From contig JBBQDC010000001.1 of assembly GCA_038319305.1 (NCBI GenBank), forward strand, positions 1-54,767: a stretch of 54,767 nucleotides of DNA, given 5' to 3'. This stretch comes from Actinomycetales bacterium (GTDB lineage: Bacteria; Actinomycetota; Actinomycetes; Actinomycetales; Microbacteriaceae). Within the stretch, counting starts at the first letter, position 1; every line of letters starts with the position of its first letter. A model generated the notes under the pieces. It worked only from the letters and a program-made list of their open reading frames with translations, was not told where the DNA came from and did no database searches. A program made the translations under genes and the position numbers. This document shows positions 13,002-23,025 of the stretch, piece by piece.

Positions 13002-14215
13002 AGCTGTGCCGCGCCTTTGTCGAGCAGGTCGAAGTACCGACCTGCGGTTTCCATGTCCTTGTCGCCTCGGCCGCTGAGGTTCACCAGGATGGTGGCGTCG
13101 GGGCCGAGCTGCTTGCCAAGGTCGAGGGTGCCGGCGAGGGCGTGTGCCGACTCGATGGCCGGGATGATGCCCTCGGTGCGGCTGAGCAGCCGGAGGGCGC
13201 TCATCGCCTCATCGTCGGTGACGGGCAGGTAGGTGACCCGGCCGATGCTGGCGAGCCAGGCGTGTTCCGGCCCGACTCCCGGGTAGTCCAGGCCAGCGGA
13301 GATCGAGTGCGACTCCACGGTCTGCCCGTCTTCGTCCTGCAGGAGGAAACTTCGGGCCCCGTGCAGGATGCCGGGGCGCCCCTTGGTGATCGTCGCGGCA
13401 TGGCGGAGGGTCTCCGCTCCGTCGCCGCCGGCCTCATAGCCGAACAGGGCCACCTCCGGGTCGTCGAGGAAGGCGTGGAAGATACCCATGGCGTTGGAGC
13501 CGCCGCCGACGCAGGCTGTGACCGCGTCGGGGAGACGCCCGGTGAGGTCTAGGACCTGCTGGCGCGCTTCATCACCGATGATCTTCTGAAAGTCCCGCAC
13601 CATGGCGGGGAACGGGTGCGGGCCCGCGACAGTTCCGAAGATGTAGTTGGTGGTTTCGACGTTGGTCACCCAGTCGCGCATGGCGTCGTTGATCGCGTCT
13701 TTGAGGGTGCGGGACCCGGTCTTGACCGGCACGACCTCCGCGCCGAGAAGACGCATCCGTGCCACGTTCAGAGCCTGACGTTCCGTGTCGACCTCGCCCA
13801 TGTAGACGACACAGTCGAGCCCGAACAGGGCGGCGGCCGTCGCGGCCGCCACACCGTGCTGGCCGGCGCCGGTTTCGGCGATCACGCGGGACTTGCCGAT
13901 GCGCTTTGTGAGTAGGGCCTGGCCGAGCACGTTGTTGATCTTGTGCGAGCCGGTGTGGTTGAGGTCCTCCCGCTTGAGGATGACGCGGGCACCGCCGGCA
14001 TGCGCGGCGAACCGAGGTACCTCGGTGATCAGCGACGGCCGACCGGTGTAGGTGCGGTGGAGTTCCATCAGTTCGGCCGCGAAGGCCGGGTCCTGCCGGG
14101 CCAGCACGTACTCGTCGGTCAGTTCATCGAGGGCAGCGACGAGGGATTCGGGAACGAACCTCCCGCCGAAGCCGCCGAAATACGGACCTGATTCTGTTCT
14201 GAGGGACTTGGACAT
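12998..14215 (-). CDS. trpB: Tryptophan synthase beta chain
   Basis: [43 protein letters not shown]. Confidence 0.98.
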   Translation of the reverse strand: MSKSLRTESGPYFGGFGGRFVPESLVAALDELTDEYVLARQDPAFAAELMELHRTYTGRPSLITEVPRFAAHAGGARVILKREDLNHTGSHKINNVLGQALLTKRIGKSRVIAETGAGQHGVAAATAAALFGLDCVVYMGEVDTERQALNVARMRLLGAEVVPVKTGSRTLKDAINDAMRDWVTNVETTNYIFGTVAGPHPFPAMVRDFQKIIGDEARQQVLDLTGRLPDAVTACVGGGSNAMGIFHAFLDDPEVALFGYEAGGDGAETLRHAATITKGRPGILHGARSFLLQDEDGQTVESHSISAGLDYPGVGPEHAWLASIGRVTYLPVTDDEAMSALRLLSRTEGIIPAIESAHALAGTLDLGKQLGPDATILVNLSGRGDKDMETAGRYFDLLDKGAAQL

Positions 14216-14986
14216 TTAAACCGCCAGGAATTCGGAAAGTGTGCGGATGGGATCGTTCGTGACGAGGGCCTCGCCGACGAGCACGATGTCGGCGCCGGCG
14301 GCGCGGTAGTGCGCCACGTCGGCGGCGGTCTTGACGGCGGACTCGGCGACGCGAACGACGCCGGAGGGGATTCGGTCAGCCAGCCGGCCGAAGAGGTCCT
14401 GATCGAGGAGGAACGTGGACAGGTCGCGGGCGTTCACCCCGACGAGGCCGGCGCCGATGTCCAGGGCCCGGTCGACCTCCTCGGCGCTATGGGTCTCCAC
14501 CAGGGCGGTCATGCCGAGCTGGCGCACGAGGTCGTGCAGGGAGCTCAGGGTGGCCTGGTCGAGTGCCGCGACGATAAGCAGGACCATATCGGCACCTGCC
14601 GCCCTGGCCTCAAAGACCTGGTAGGGAAGGCCGATGAAGTCTTTACGCAGCACCGGGATGCGCACGGCCGAGCGCACCTGCTCCAGGTCGGATAGGGAGC
14701 CGAGGAACTTGCGCCCCTCGGTGAGGACGCTGATCGCGCTGGCACCGCCGAACTCGTAGGAAACAGCGAGGGCTGCAGGGTCGGAAATCTCGGCCAGGGT
14801 ACCGCGTGACGGGCTGGCGCGCTTGACCTCCGCGATGATTTTCACCTTTTCCGCGGGAGCCAGTACAGAGAGGGCATCGATCGCCGGTGATTGTTCGAGG
14901 GCGGCTGCCTCGACGAGTGAGAACGGACGGGCGGCCCGACGCTGCTCGGCGTCGGCGACTGCCCCGGCTAGAAGGTCAGACAGCAC
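14216..14986 (-). CDS. trpC: Indole-3-glycerol phosphate synthase
   Basis: IAEVKRASPS, ISVLTE, LRKDF, GVNARDL; start estimated at GTG 14986. Confidence 0.96.
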   Translation of the reverse strand: MLSDLLAGAVADAEQRRAARPFSLVEAAALEQSPAIDALSVLAPAEKVKIIAEVKRASPSRGTLAEISDPAALAVSYEFGGASAISVLTEGRKFLGSLSDLEQVRSAVRIPVLRKDFIGLPYQVFEARAAGADMVLLIVAALDQATLSSLHDLVRQLGMTALVETHSAEEVDRALDIGAGLVGVNARDLSTFLLDQDLFGRLADRIPSGVVRVAESAVKTAADVAHYRAAGADIVLVGEALVTNDPIRTLSEFLAV

Positions 14987-14990
14987 TCGA

Positions 14991-15215
14991 CTAGTGGCCT
15001 TGGTGCGAAGTGTCGGCGACGCCATAGCCGATTTTGGCAAGGACCCAGCCGACCACGAGACCGGCCACGAGCAGACCAACGGAGGCCCAGACGAGCCACG
15101 GGATCACGAGGAAGAAGGCGATGGTGCCGATCGTGATGGCGAGAAGCATGATGGTGACGGCGGTCCAGGCCGCAATCGAATGGCCTTCACCTGGGTCTAC
15201 CGATTCGAAGCTCAT
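14991..15215 (-). CDS. Small 2-TM membrane protein of actinobacterial trp clusters (DUF6704/HGxxPAAW-like)
   Basis: DPGEGHSIAAWTAV plus two hydrophobic helices; AGGAG RBS. Confidence 0.75.
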   Translation of the reverse strand: MSFESVDPGEGHSIAAWTAVTIMLLAITIGTIAFFLVIPWLVWASVGLLVAGLVVGWVLAKIGYGVADTSHQGH

Positions 15216-15315
15216 GGTTCTCCTTTTGTGCGTTGACGGGCAAAACAAGTCTAGCGGCCCCGCGGTTCCCCGGCCTCCCCAGCGCACCAGGTGAAACCGG
15301 GAATCAGGTCTCGAT

Positions 15316-15963
15316 TCAGTGCGAAGCGGTCGGGTCCTCGCCGCGACTCAGGCCGTCCCAGTCGTCGACGGCATCGCGTTCCGGGGCGGAAGCCTCAATG
15401 GTGTCCTGGCCCTCGGCATCCGTCGCACCAGCCGGTTCGGCAACGTCGAAGCGCACGGCCTGGTAACGAGACGTTGCTCCAGGCCAGCGCCCAGCCGTGG
15501 CGAGAACCCCGACCCCGGCACCGGTCATGACCACGCCCGCAAGCAGTGCGACGAACGGCCACGGTGTCACGGCGGCAGAGACGACGGCGTCGACGACCGA
15601 GTCCGCGCCGGAGATCCCGGTCGCATCGGTGACGGCGCCGGCACTGGCCGCCGCGGGATCGGTGATGGCCAGAAGAGCGGAGAGGACCACGGAGAAGCCG
15701 AGCAGCACCTCGAGAATACCGAGGACCAGCCGGATGACCGGTCCCGCGATACTGAGGGCGCCGGCGAGGGCCAGTCCGGCAAGGGCGAGGGCCGTCACTC
15801 CGGGGGCGGCCGTGGAGCCGGACACCTCGAGGCTTTGCAGAGCGGAGCCGGACTGCCCCACGGCGGTGTACACCCAGACCTGGGTCCAGGCCAGCAGGGC
15901 AAGCCCGCTGGCCCCCAGCACCACGAGGATGTGCCCGAGCTTGAGGCGCCGTGCGGATGCCAC
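15316..15963 (-). CDS. Trp biosynthesis-associated membrane protein
   Basis: Four TM segments, C-terminal DDWDGLSRGEDPT, position after trpE. Confidence 0.85.
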   Translation of the reverse strand: MASARRLKLGHILVVLGASGLALLAWTQVWVYTAVGQSGSALQSLEVSGSTAAPGVTALALAGLALAGALSIAGPVIRLVLGILEVLLGFSVVLSALLAITDPAAASAGAVTDATGISGADSVVDAVVSAAVTPWPFVALLAGVVMTGAGVGVLATAGRWPGATSRYQAVRFDVAEPAGATDAEGQDTIEASAPERDAVDDWDGLSRGEDPTASH

Positions 15964-17529
15964 CTAACGCACCCGCTTCATGGCGTTCGCGACCGCGACA
16001 GCGCGGAGGGGAGCCGCTGCCTTGTTCTGCGACTCCTGGTATTCCGACGCCGGATCGGAGTCGGCGACGAGTCCACCGCCGGCCTGCACGCGGGCGACGC
16101 CGTTCATGATCGTAGCGGTACGGATGGCGATGGCCAGGTCGGCGTCCCCCGCGAACCCGAAGTAGCCGACCACTCCCCCGTACACGCCCCGCTGCGCTGG
16201 CTCGAGCGCGTCAATGATCTCTAGGGCGCGCGGTTTCGGGGCCCCGGAGAGGGTGCCGGCAGGGAACGTGGCGCGAAAGACGTCGATGGCCGACCGACCC
16301 GGCAGCAGGTTTCCCTCGACCGAGGAGACCAGGTGCATGATGTGACTGAACCGCTCGATCCGCATGAACTCGGTCACCTCGACCGACCCGGGCGCGCACA
16401 CCTTGAGCAGGTCGTTGCGGGCCAGGTCCACGAGCATCAGGTGCTCGGCGCGTTCCTTGGGGTCACCGGCCAGTTCTGCTTCGAAGTCGGCGTCGGCGTC
16501 GGGTGTCGCACCGCGCGGCTTCGACCCGGCTATCGGATGCGTGAACACGCGGTCGTTCTGCACCTTCACCAGAGCCTCCGGGGAGGAGCCCACGATCCAG
16601 TAGGTCTCCTTCTCCGGCGACTCCAGGCTCAGCAGATACATGTAGGGCGACGGGTTGAGGCTGCGCAGCACCCGATAGACGTCGATGGGGTCGGCCGTGC
16701 ACTCCTGGTCGAACCGCTGGGATACAACCACCTGGAACACATCGCCGTCGACGATGTGCTCCTTGGCGACGTCGACCGCGGCCAGGAAGTCCTCGCGACG
16801 AGTGCGGTTCGTCGGCGAGGCAGGCGTGGCCAGGTTGACCTCGGCTAGCCAGGCCTCTGAGGGCTCCGCCAGGCGGGCCTGCAGGGCGTCGAGGCGAACC
16901 TGGGCGGCACCCCATAGGGCATCCGGTTCGTCGTGGCCATCGTTGAGCACGTTGGCGATGAGCTGCACGGTGCCGTATTTGTGGTCGATCACGACGAGGT
17001 CGGCCACGAAGCTGAAGGCCTGGCCGGGAACGTCGTAGTCCGCCGGGGGACGGTTCGGCAGACGCTCGATCTGGCGGATCGCCTCCCAGCCGATGAATCC
17101 GACGAGGCCGCCGGTCAGGGGCGGGTGGCCGGGCATCCGCGGAGTTTCCCAGCGTTCGTAGAGAGCCGCGAGGCAAGCGAGCGGGCGGAGGCCGGCGGCA
17201 TCGCCGAGGGCGCGCTCGGCCGAGAGTCCGTAGTCGAGCCAACGGGTCTCGTCGCCCTGCTGGGTGAGCACACCGAACGAGGACACACCCACGAACGAGA
17301 AGCGGGACCAGATGCCGCCCTGCTCGGCGGACTCAAGCAGGAAGCTTCCCGGCTGGCCGGCCGCGAGCTTGCGGTAGATGCCCACCGGCGTCTCACCGTC
17401 AGCGAAGAGCTCGCGCACCACGGGGAACACCCGGTGGCCGTCGATCAGGCTCGCAAACTGTTCGGCGGTGGTCGAGGCGGACGGGGAGGCCGCGTTCGAG
17501 GCCGCAGTGGTGGAGCTGGTCGGCGCCAT
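15964..17529 (-). CDS. trpE: Anthranilate synthase component I
   Basis: FLLESAE, FQVVVSQR, NPSPYMY, PIAGS, EHLMLVDLARND, GTLSGAPK; start estimated at ATG 17529. Confidence 0.96.
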   Translation of the reverse strand: MAPTSSTTAASNAASPSASTTAEQFASLIDGHRVFPVVRELFADGETPVGIYRKLAAGQPGSFLLESAEQGGIWSRFSFVGVSSFGVLTQQGDETRWLDYGLSAERALGDAAGLRPLACLAALYERWETPRMPGHPPLTGGLVGFIGWEAIRQIERLPNRPPADYDVPGQAFSFVADLVVIDHKYGTVQLIANVLNDGHDEPDALWGAAQVRLDALQARLAEPSEAWLAEVNLATPASPTNRTRREDFLAAVDVAKEHIVDGDVFQVVVSQRFDQECTADPIDVYRVLRSLNPSPYMYLLSLESPEKETYWIVGSSPEALVKVQNDRVFTHPIAGSKPRGATPDADADFEAELAGDPKERAEHLMLVDLARNDLLKVCAPGSVEVTEFMRIERFSHIMHLVSSVEGNLLPGRSAIDVFRATFPAGTLSGAPKPRALEIIDALEPAQRGVYGGVVGYFGFAGDADLAIAIRTATIMNGVARVQAGGGLVADSDPASEYQESQNKAAAPLRAVAVANAMKRVR

Positions 17530-17531
17530 AG

Positions 17532-17978
17532 TCAGTCCTTTGCCTCGTCGCTGGGTGCCGCGTCCTGTGCCGCGGGGCGGGTGCCGGTCGCGACGTCGAC
17601 GCCGCGCCCGTCGAAGCAGGTGTGGGAGCCCGTGTGGCAGGCTGCCCCGACCTGGTCGGCCTGCACCAGGAGGGTGTCCGCGTCGCAGTCCAACGCAGCG
17701 GACTTCACGTATTGGCCATGGCCCGAGGTGTCTCCCTTGCGCCAGAATTCCTGGCGGCTGCGCGACCAGAACGTGACGCGCCCCTCGCTGAGGGTGCGGC
17801 GAAGAGCCTCTCGGTTCATCCAGCCGAGCATGAGCACCTCGCCAGTGTCCCACTGCTGGATCACGGCCGGCATCAGGCCATCGGCGTTGAAGACGGCCCG
17901 AGCCAGGGCCTCGTCGATGGTGGAGAGCACATCGGTCATCGTCAGAGCCGTTTCGGTTCGGGTGGAGCAGGGCATCAT
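17532..17978 (-). CDS. hisI: Phosphoribosyl-AMP cyclohydrolase
   Basis: [28 protein letters not shown]; true start may be ATG 17939. Confidence 0.95.
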   Translation of the reverse strand: MMPCSTRTETALTMTDVLSTIDEALARAVFNADGLMPAVIQQWDTGEVLMLGWMNREALRRTLSEGRVTFWSRSRQEFWRKGDTSGHGQYVKSAALDCDADTLLVQADQVGAACHTGSHTCFDGRGVDVATGTRPAAQDAAPSDEAKD

Positions 17979-18739
17979 CAGCGCACGGGCAGTCCGGCGT
18001 GCCGGAGCTCCGCCTTGACGTCGCCAACGGTCAGTAGTCCGCCGTGGAAAACGGATGCCGCGAGCACAGCATCCGCCCCCGCCGCAATGGCCGGGGCGAA
18101 ATCTTCGACCCGGCCGGCGCCGCCGGACGCGATCACCGGTACGGTGCTCAGGCCGCGCATCAGCGCGATGAGTTCGACGTCGAAGCCGGCCTTCGTGCCG
18201 TCGGCGTCGATGGAGTTCACGAGCAGCTCGCCGACCCCCAGTTCGATGGCCGTGCGCGCCCAGGCGAGGGCGTCGAGGTCGGTTTCGGTGCGGCCGCCGT
18301 GGGTGGTGACGACGAAGCCGGACTCGGTGCTCCCGCTGCGCTTCACGTCGAGCGAGAGCACGAGCACCTGGGAGCCGAACCGGTCGGCGATCTCGCCGAT
18401 CAGCGCCGGTCGCTTGATGGCGGCGCTGTTGACACCCACCTTGTCGGCGCCGCTGGCCTGCAGCCGGGACACGTCCTCGACCGTGCGAATGCCGCCGCCC
18501 ACCGTGAGCGGAATGAAGACCTGCTCCGCGGTGGCGCGCACGACGTCGTAGGTGGTGGAGCGGTTGTCGACCGTGGCGGTCACATCGAGAAAAGTGAGCT
18601 CGTCGGCACCCTGCTCGTAGTAGCGGCGGGCGAGTTCGACCGGGTCTCCTGCGTCACGCAGGTTCTGGAAGTTCACACCCTTGACCACGCGGCCGTTGGC
18701 CACGTCGAGGCAGGGAATGACCCGCACCGAAAGACTCAC
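17978..18739 (-). CDS. hisF: Imidazole glycerol phosphate synthase cyclase subunit
   Basis: [31 protein letters not shown]. Confidence 0.97.
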   Translation of the reverse strand: MSLSVRVIPCLDVANGRVVKGVNFQNLRDAGDPVELARRYYEQGADELTFLDVTATVDNRSTTYDVVRATAEQVFIPLTVGGGIRTVEDVSRLQASGADKVGVNSAAIKRPALIGEIADRFGSQVLVLSLDVKRSGSTESGFVVTTHGGRTETDLDALAWARTAIELGVGELLVNSIDADGTKAGFDVELIALMRGLSTVPVIASGGAGRVEDFAPAIAAGADAVLAASVFHGGLLTVGDVKAELRHAGLPVR

Positions 18740-18774
18740 GATTGTGCCTCCATTGTGGTTCGCCGCATCAATCG

Positions 18775-19614
18775 CTACAGCCGCGCGTTGTGGATGGAAC
18801 TGATCAGGATGGCGCGCGCCCCGAGTTCGTAGAGGGCGTCCATCACGTGGTTCGTGTTCAGGCGCGGGATCATCACGCGCACGGCGACCCACTCCGGGTC
18901 GTGCAGGGGCGACACTGTGGGCGACTCAATGCCCGGCGCCAGCAGGCAGGCCTCGTCGAGAAGCGTCTGCGGGATGTCGTAGTCCATCAGCACGTACTGG
19001 CGGGCCACGAGCACGCCCTGCAGTCGGCGCAGGAGCGTCGCGATACCGGGCTTGTCGTTCTCGGAGCTGATCAGCACGGCCGTGGACTGCAGGATGACCG
19101 GGCCGAAGATCTCGAGGCCGGCCTTACGCAGGGTGGACCCGGTGGAGACGACGTCGGCAACGGCATCCGCCACTCCCAGCTGCACGGCAGACTCCACCGC
19201 GCCGTCGAGGGTGACCAGGGTTACGCTGACGTCGTGCTCGGCGAGGAAAGCCTCAACCAGTCCGGGGTAGCTGGTGGCGACGCGGAGGCCTGACAGGTCG
19301 GCCAGGTCGGTGAACCGGCCGTGTGGGCCGGCAAAGCGAAAAGTGGAGTCGCCGAAGTCGAGGCTGGCGATCTCCTGGGCGGTGGAGGCCGAGTCGAGCA
19401 GCAGGTCGCGGCCGGTTATTCCCACGTCGAGGGCTCCGGAGCCCACGTAGGTCGCGATGTCGCGGGGACGCAGATAGAAGAACTCCACGTCGTTGCGGGG
19501 GTCGGCGACAACGAGGTCGCGCGGGTCGCGGCGGCCGGTGTAGCCGGCCTCGGACAGCATCTGCGCGGCGGTTTCGGACAACGAGCCCTTGTTGGGCACG
19601 GCAATTCTCAGCAT
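18775..19614 (-). CDS. hisG: ATP phosphoribosyltransferase (long form)
   Basis: [36 protein letters not shown]-terminal regulatory domain. Confidence 0.96.
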   Translation of the reverse strand: MLRIAVPNKGSLSETAAQMLSEAGYTGRRDPRDLVVADPRNDVEFFYLRPRDIATYVGSGALDVGITGRDLLLDSASTAQEIASLDFGDSTFRFAGPHGRFTDLADLSGLRVATSYPGLVEAFLAEHDVSVTLVTLDGAVESAVQLGVADAVADVVSTGSTLRKAGLEIFGPVILQSTAVLISSENDKPGIATLLRRLQGVLVARQYVLMDYDIPQTLLDEACLLAPGIESPTVSPLHDPEWVAVRVMIPRLNTNHVMDALYELGARAILISSIHNARL

Positions 19615-19690
19615 TTCAGCACTCTCTGCGTCTTCAGGATCTGGCACAATGTCTCACGGGGTGACCGGGTGGTCTGCTCGGTGGCGGGTG

Positions 19691-19954
19691 TCACAGATGG
19701 CGGTACACGTCGGCGGGGGTCAGCCCCTTCGCCAGCATCATCACCTGAACGTGGTAGAGCAGCTGGCTCATTTCGGCGGCGGTCTCGTCGTCACTCTGGA
19801 ACTCGGCGGCCATCCAGACCTCGGCGGCTTCTTCGACGATCTTCTTGCCGATGCCATGCACGCCGGCATCGAGTTCTCGCACGGTCCCCGAGCCGTCAGG
19901 TCGGGTCCGTGCTTTGTCGCTCAGTTCAGCGAACAGTTCGTCAAAAGTCTTCAC
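19691..19954 (-). CDS. hisE: Phosphoribosyl-ATP pyrophosphatase
   Basis: [29 protein letters not shown]. Confidence 0.96.
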   Translation of the reverse strand: MKTFDELFAELSDKARTRPDGSGTVRELDAGVHGIGKKIVEEAAEVWMAAEFQSDDETAAEMSQLLYHVQVMMLAKGLTPADVYRHL

Positions 19955-19966
19955 TTCCCTAGGGTA

Positions 19967-20635
19967 CTAGTGCGCGTGCCCGTGTTCGGTCGCGGCGGCG
20001 CGCAGCCGGGCGATCTGCTGCGCCGGGTCTGCGGCTTTGAACACGCTGGACCCGGCGACGAACGTGTTCGCCCCGGCCTCGGCGGCGATGACGATGGTGT
20101 CCTCGGTGATACCGCCGTCGACCTGCAGCCAGACGTCCAGGCCGGACTTCTTCACGGCGTCCGACAGGGTACGAAGCTTGCGCATGGTCGAGGGCATGAA
20201 GCTCTGCCCGCCGAAGCCGGGTTCGACCGTCATCACCAGCACCTGGTCGAATTCGGGCAGCAGCTCGAGGTAGGGCTCGATGGCCGTTCCGGGCTTGAGG
20301 GCGATGCCGGCCCGGGCGCCGATCGAGCGCAGCTTGCGGGCCAGCCCGACCGGGTTCGTCGTGGCCTCAGCGTGGAACGTGACCGAGAACGCACCGGCCT
20401 CGGCATAGCCAGGTGCCCACCGTTCCGGGTTCTCGATCATCAGGTGCAGATCGAAGGGCAGCGGGGACACCTGGGCGAGGCGGTCGACGACGGGCGGGCC
20501 GAACGTCAGGTTCGGCACGAAATGGTTGTCCATGATGTCGACGTGCACGAGATCGGCGGTGCGGATGCGACCCAGGTCCCGTTCGAGATTCGCGAAGTCG
20601 GCGGCGAGGATGCTGGGGTTAATCCGGGTGACCAT
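19967..20635 (-). CDS. rpe: Ribulose-phosphate 3-epimerase
   Basis: PSILAADF, HVDIMDNHFVPNLTFG, MTVEPGFGGQ, VDGG. Confidence 0.97.
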   Translation of the reverse strand: MVTRINPSILAADFANLERDLGRIRTADLVHVDIMDNHFVPNLTFGPPVVDRLAQVSPLPFDLHLMIENPERWAPGYAEAGAFSVTFHAEATTNPVGLARKLRSIGARAGIALKPGTAIEPYLELLPEFDQVLVMTVEPGFGGQSFMPSTMRKLRTLSDAVKKSGLDVWLQVDGGITEDTIVIAAEAGANTFVAGSSVFKAADPAQQIARLRAAATEHGHAH

Positions 20636-20662
20636 GTCTTCACCCTACTGCGGCGAGGACGA

Positions 20663-22111
20663 CTACTTCGTGCGCTCGAGCAGGGTGATGAACATGGCGT
20701 CGGTACCGTGCCGGTGCGGCCACAACTGCACGCTGCCGCCGTCGCCGGGCAGGTCAAGCTCGGAGCTGCTCAGCCCCTGAAGCACGGATGCCGTGTCGAG
20801 GGTGCGCACACGACCGTCCCACGTCTTGAGCGCGGTGGCCACGATCCCGCGAGTCTCCGCGATGTGCGGCGAGCAGGTGACGTAGGCAAGCACCCCGCCC
20901 GGCTTGAGCGCGCCGAGGGCGGCGTGGATCAGGCCGGACTGCAGGTCGGAGAGTTCGGCGACGTCCTTGGGCTGTTTGCGCCACCGAGCCTCCGGGCGCC
21001 GGCGCAGCGCGCCGAGTCCGGTGCAGGGAGCGTCGAGGAGGATGCGGTCGAATTCCTCTGGGTGGTCGTCGCCGAACCCGGTGCCGTCCTGCTCCCAGAC
21101 CGGCACCTCGGCTGGCACGGCCGCCAGCGCCCTGCGCACGAGCGCGGCGCGCGCCGGGACGAGCTCGTTGGCGACGAGGCTGGCCCCGCCCGCCAGTGCC
21201 TCGGCTGCGAGCAGGGCGGCCTTTCCGCCGGGGCCGGCACACAGGTCCAGCCACCGCTCCCCCGGTGTCACCGGGCGGGCCCGGCTCAGGGCGAGCGCCG
21301 CCAACTGGGATCCCTCGTCCTGCACCCGGAGCCGGCCGCCGCTGTCGTGCATCAGGTGCGCGGGGTCGCCGCCGGCGAGCACGAAGCCGGCAGGCGAGAA
21401 GTCGTTGGGGCGGCCGAGCCCGTCGGTGTCCTCGGTGTTGCTGAGTCCAGGCAGGATCACCATGTTGACCTTGGGGGCGGCGTTGTCGGCGACCAGAAGC
21501 TCGTCGAGCTCGGCCTCACGGCCCTCGAGGCGCAGCGACTGCCGGAACGCGCGCACAACCCAGACCGGGTGCGAGTGCAGGGCGGCGAGACGGTCGTCGT
21601 CACCGGTGGCTTCGCTGAGAACGCGGTCGCGCCACTCGTCTGCACTGGAGCGCGAGATGGTGCGCAGCACCCCGTTGGTGAAGCCGGTGGCGGCGCGGGA
21701 GCCCACCTGGCGGGCGAGCTCGACGGACTCGTTCACGGCGGCGTGGGTGGCCACCCGGGTGGCGAGCAGCTGGTGCGCGCCGAGACGCAGAACGTCCAGG
21801 ATGGCCGGGTCGATCGCGCTGACGGGCCGACCGGCCGCGTCGGCGATCACGCGGTCGTAGAAGCCCTGCATGCGCAGGGTGCCGTAGGTCAATTCGGTGG
21901 CCAGCGCGGCATCCGCCGTGCTGAGTGCGGCCCGCTTGATGCGGGTGGGGAGCAGCAGGTTCGCGTAGGCGTCGGATTCCCGCACGGCGGCAATGACCTC
22001 GTAGGCCACCCTCCGGGCCGGCTGAACGAAATCGGCCGGAGGGCGCTCCGAGGTGCGGCCACCCTGACGGCGGTCACCCTGCGACCGGCTCTGGCCGCGG
22101 TTGTCGCTCAT
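20663..22111 (-). CDS. rsmB: RsmB/NOP2-family rRNA m5C methyltransferase
   Basis: NusB-like N-terminus, VQDEGSQL, DLCAGPGGK, DAPCTGLG, YVTCS; start estimated at ATG 22111. Confidence 0.92.
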   Translation of the reverse strand: MSDNRGQSRSQGDRRQGGRTSERPPADFVQPARRVAYEVIAAVRESDAYANLLLPTRIKRAALSTADAALATELTYGTLRMQGFYDRVIADAAGRPVSAIDPAILDVLRLGAHQLLATRVATHAAVNESVELARQVGSRAATGFTNGVLRTISRSSADEWRDRVLSEATGDDDRLAALHSHPVWVVRAFRQSLRLEGREAELDELLVADNAAPKVNMVILPGLSNTEDTDGLGRPNDFSPAGFVLAGGDPAHLMHDSGGRLRVQDEGSQLAALALSRARPVTPGERWLDLCAGPGGKAALLAAEALAGGASLVANELVPARAALVRRALAAVPAEVPVWEQDGTGFGDDHPEEFDRILLDAPCTGLGALRRRPEARWRKQPKDVAELSDLQSGLIHAALGALKPGGVLAYVTCSPHIAETRGIVATALKTWDGRVRTLDTASVLQGLSSSELDLPGDGGSVQLWPHRHGTDAMFITLLERTK

Positions 22112-23025
22112 GAGGCAACCACCTCCGTCGCCGCCACTCCACGCCACCAATCAATTGCCTTCATCTGTGTCTTTCCGGCCGGTTGCACGGTGACGAGCTC
22201 GAGCGGCTCGGTCCCCGTTCCAATCAGCACTTTCTTATCGATCTCTCGGATCAGGCCGGCCGGTTGGGGCTCGGCTCGCTGGGTCAGGGCCACGCCCTGG
22301 AGTTTGAGGCGGGCAGCACCGATCACCGTGAACGCGCCCGGTTCCGGGGTAACCCCGCGCACCCGGTTCTGCACCGAGATGGCTGGTTCGGACCAGTCGA
22401 TGTGGGCATCTTCGAGGGTCAGCTTGGGGGCCAGGGTGACCGGTCCGGACTGCGGGACCGACTGGATGCCGCCGGCCTCGAGGGCGTCGATCACCTGCAG
22501 CAGCAGGCGCGCACCGCTGTCGCTGAGGTCGCCAAGCAGGCTGCCCGCGGTATCGTCGGCAGCGATGGTCTGCGTCAGCTGGGCGAACACGGCGCCGGCA
22601 TCGAGTTCCGGCACCAGCTGGAAGACGGCGGCGCCGGTCAGCGCATCCCCCGCGATCAGGGCGCGCTGCACGGGAGCGGCGCCGCGCCAGCGCGGGAGCA
22701 GAGAGAAGTGCAGGTTGATCCAGCCGAGCCGGGGCACTGACAGAAGCGGTTCGCGCACGAGCCCGCCGTACGCAACGATGACTCCCAGGTCAGGCTGCAG
22801 CGCGGCGATCTGGGCGGTCGCGGCCTCGTCGAGGCGATTGGTCTTGAGCAGAGGCAGCCTCAGTGCCGCGGCGGCCTGCGCCAGTGGCGACGGGGTGAGC
22901 ACGCGCTTGCGGCCGAGTGGGGCATCCGTCCGGCTGATCACGGCCGCGAGGTCGTGGTCGGATCGGGCCAGCGCGACCAGGCTGGGAACGGCCGCCTGGG
23001 GCGTTCCGGCGAAGACGAGTTTCAT
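22108..23025 (-). CDS. fmt: Methionyl-tRNA formyltransferase
   Basis: VFAGTP, VAYG, NLHFSLLPRWRGAAP, LDAG. Confidence 0.97.
   Translation of the reverse strand: MKLVFAGTPQAAVPSLVALARSDHDLAAVISRTDAPLGRKRVLTPSPLAQAAAALRLPLLKTNRLDEAATAQIAALQPDLGVIVAYGGLVREPLLSVPRLGWINLHFSLLPRWRGAAPVQRALIAGDALTGAAVFQLVPELDAGAVFAQLTQTIAADDTAGSLLGDLSDSGARLLLQVIDALEAGGIQSVPQSGPVTLAPKLTLEDAHIDWSEPAISVQNRVRGVTPEPGAFTVIGAARLKLQGVALTQRAEPQPAGLIREIDKKVLIGTGTEPLELVTVQPAGKTQMKAIDWWRGVAATEVVAS

Noticed and set aside
12165-19954. Missing hisA/H/B/C/D and trpD/G, and no def before fmt
   Set aside because: Split his/trp clusters are normal in actinobacteria; absence from one window says nothing about the genome
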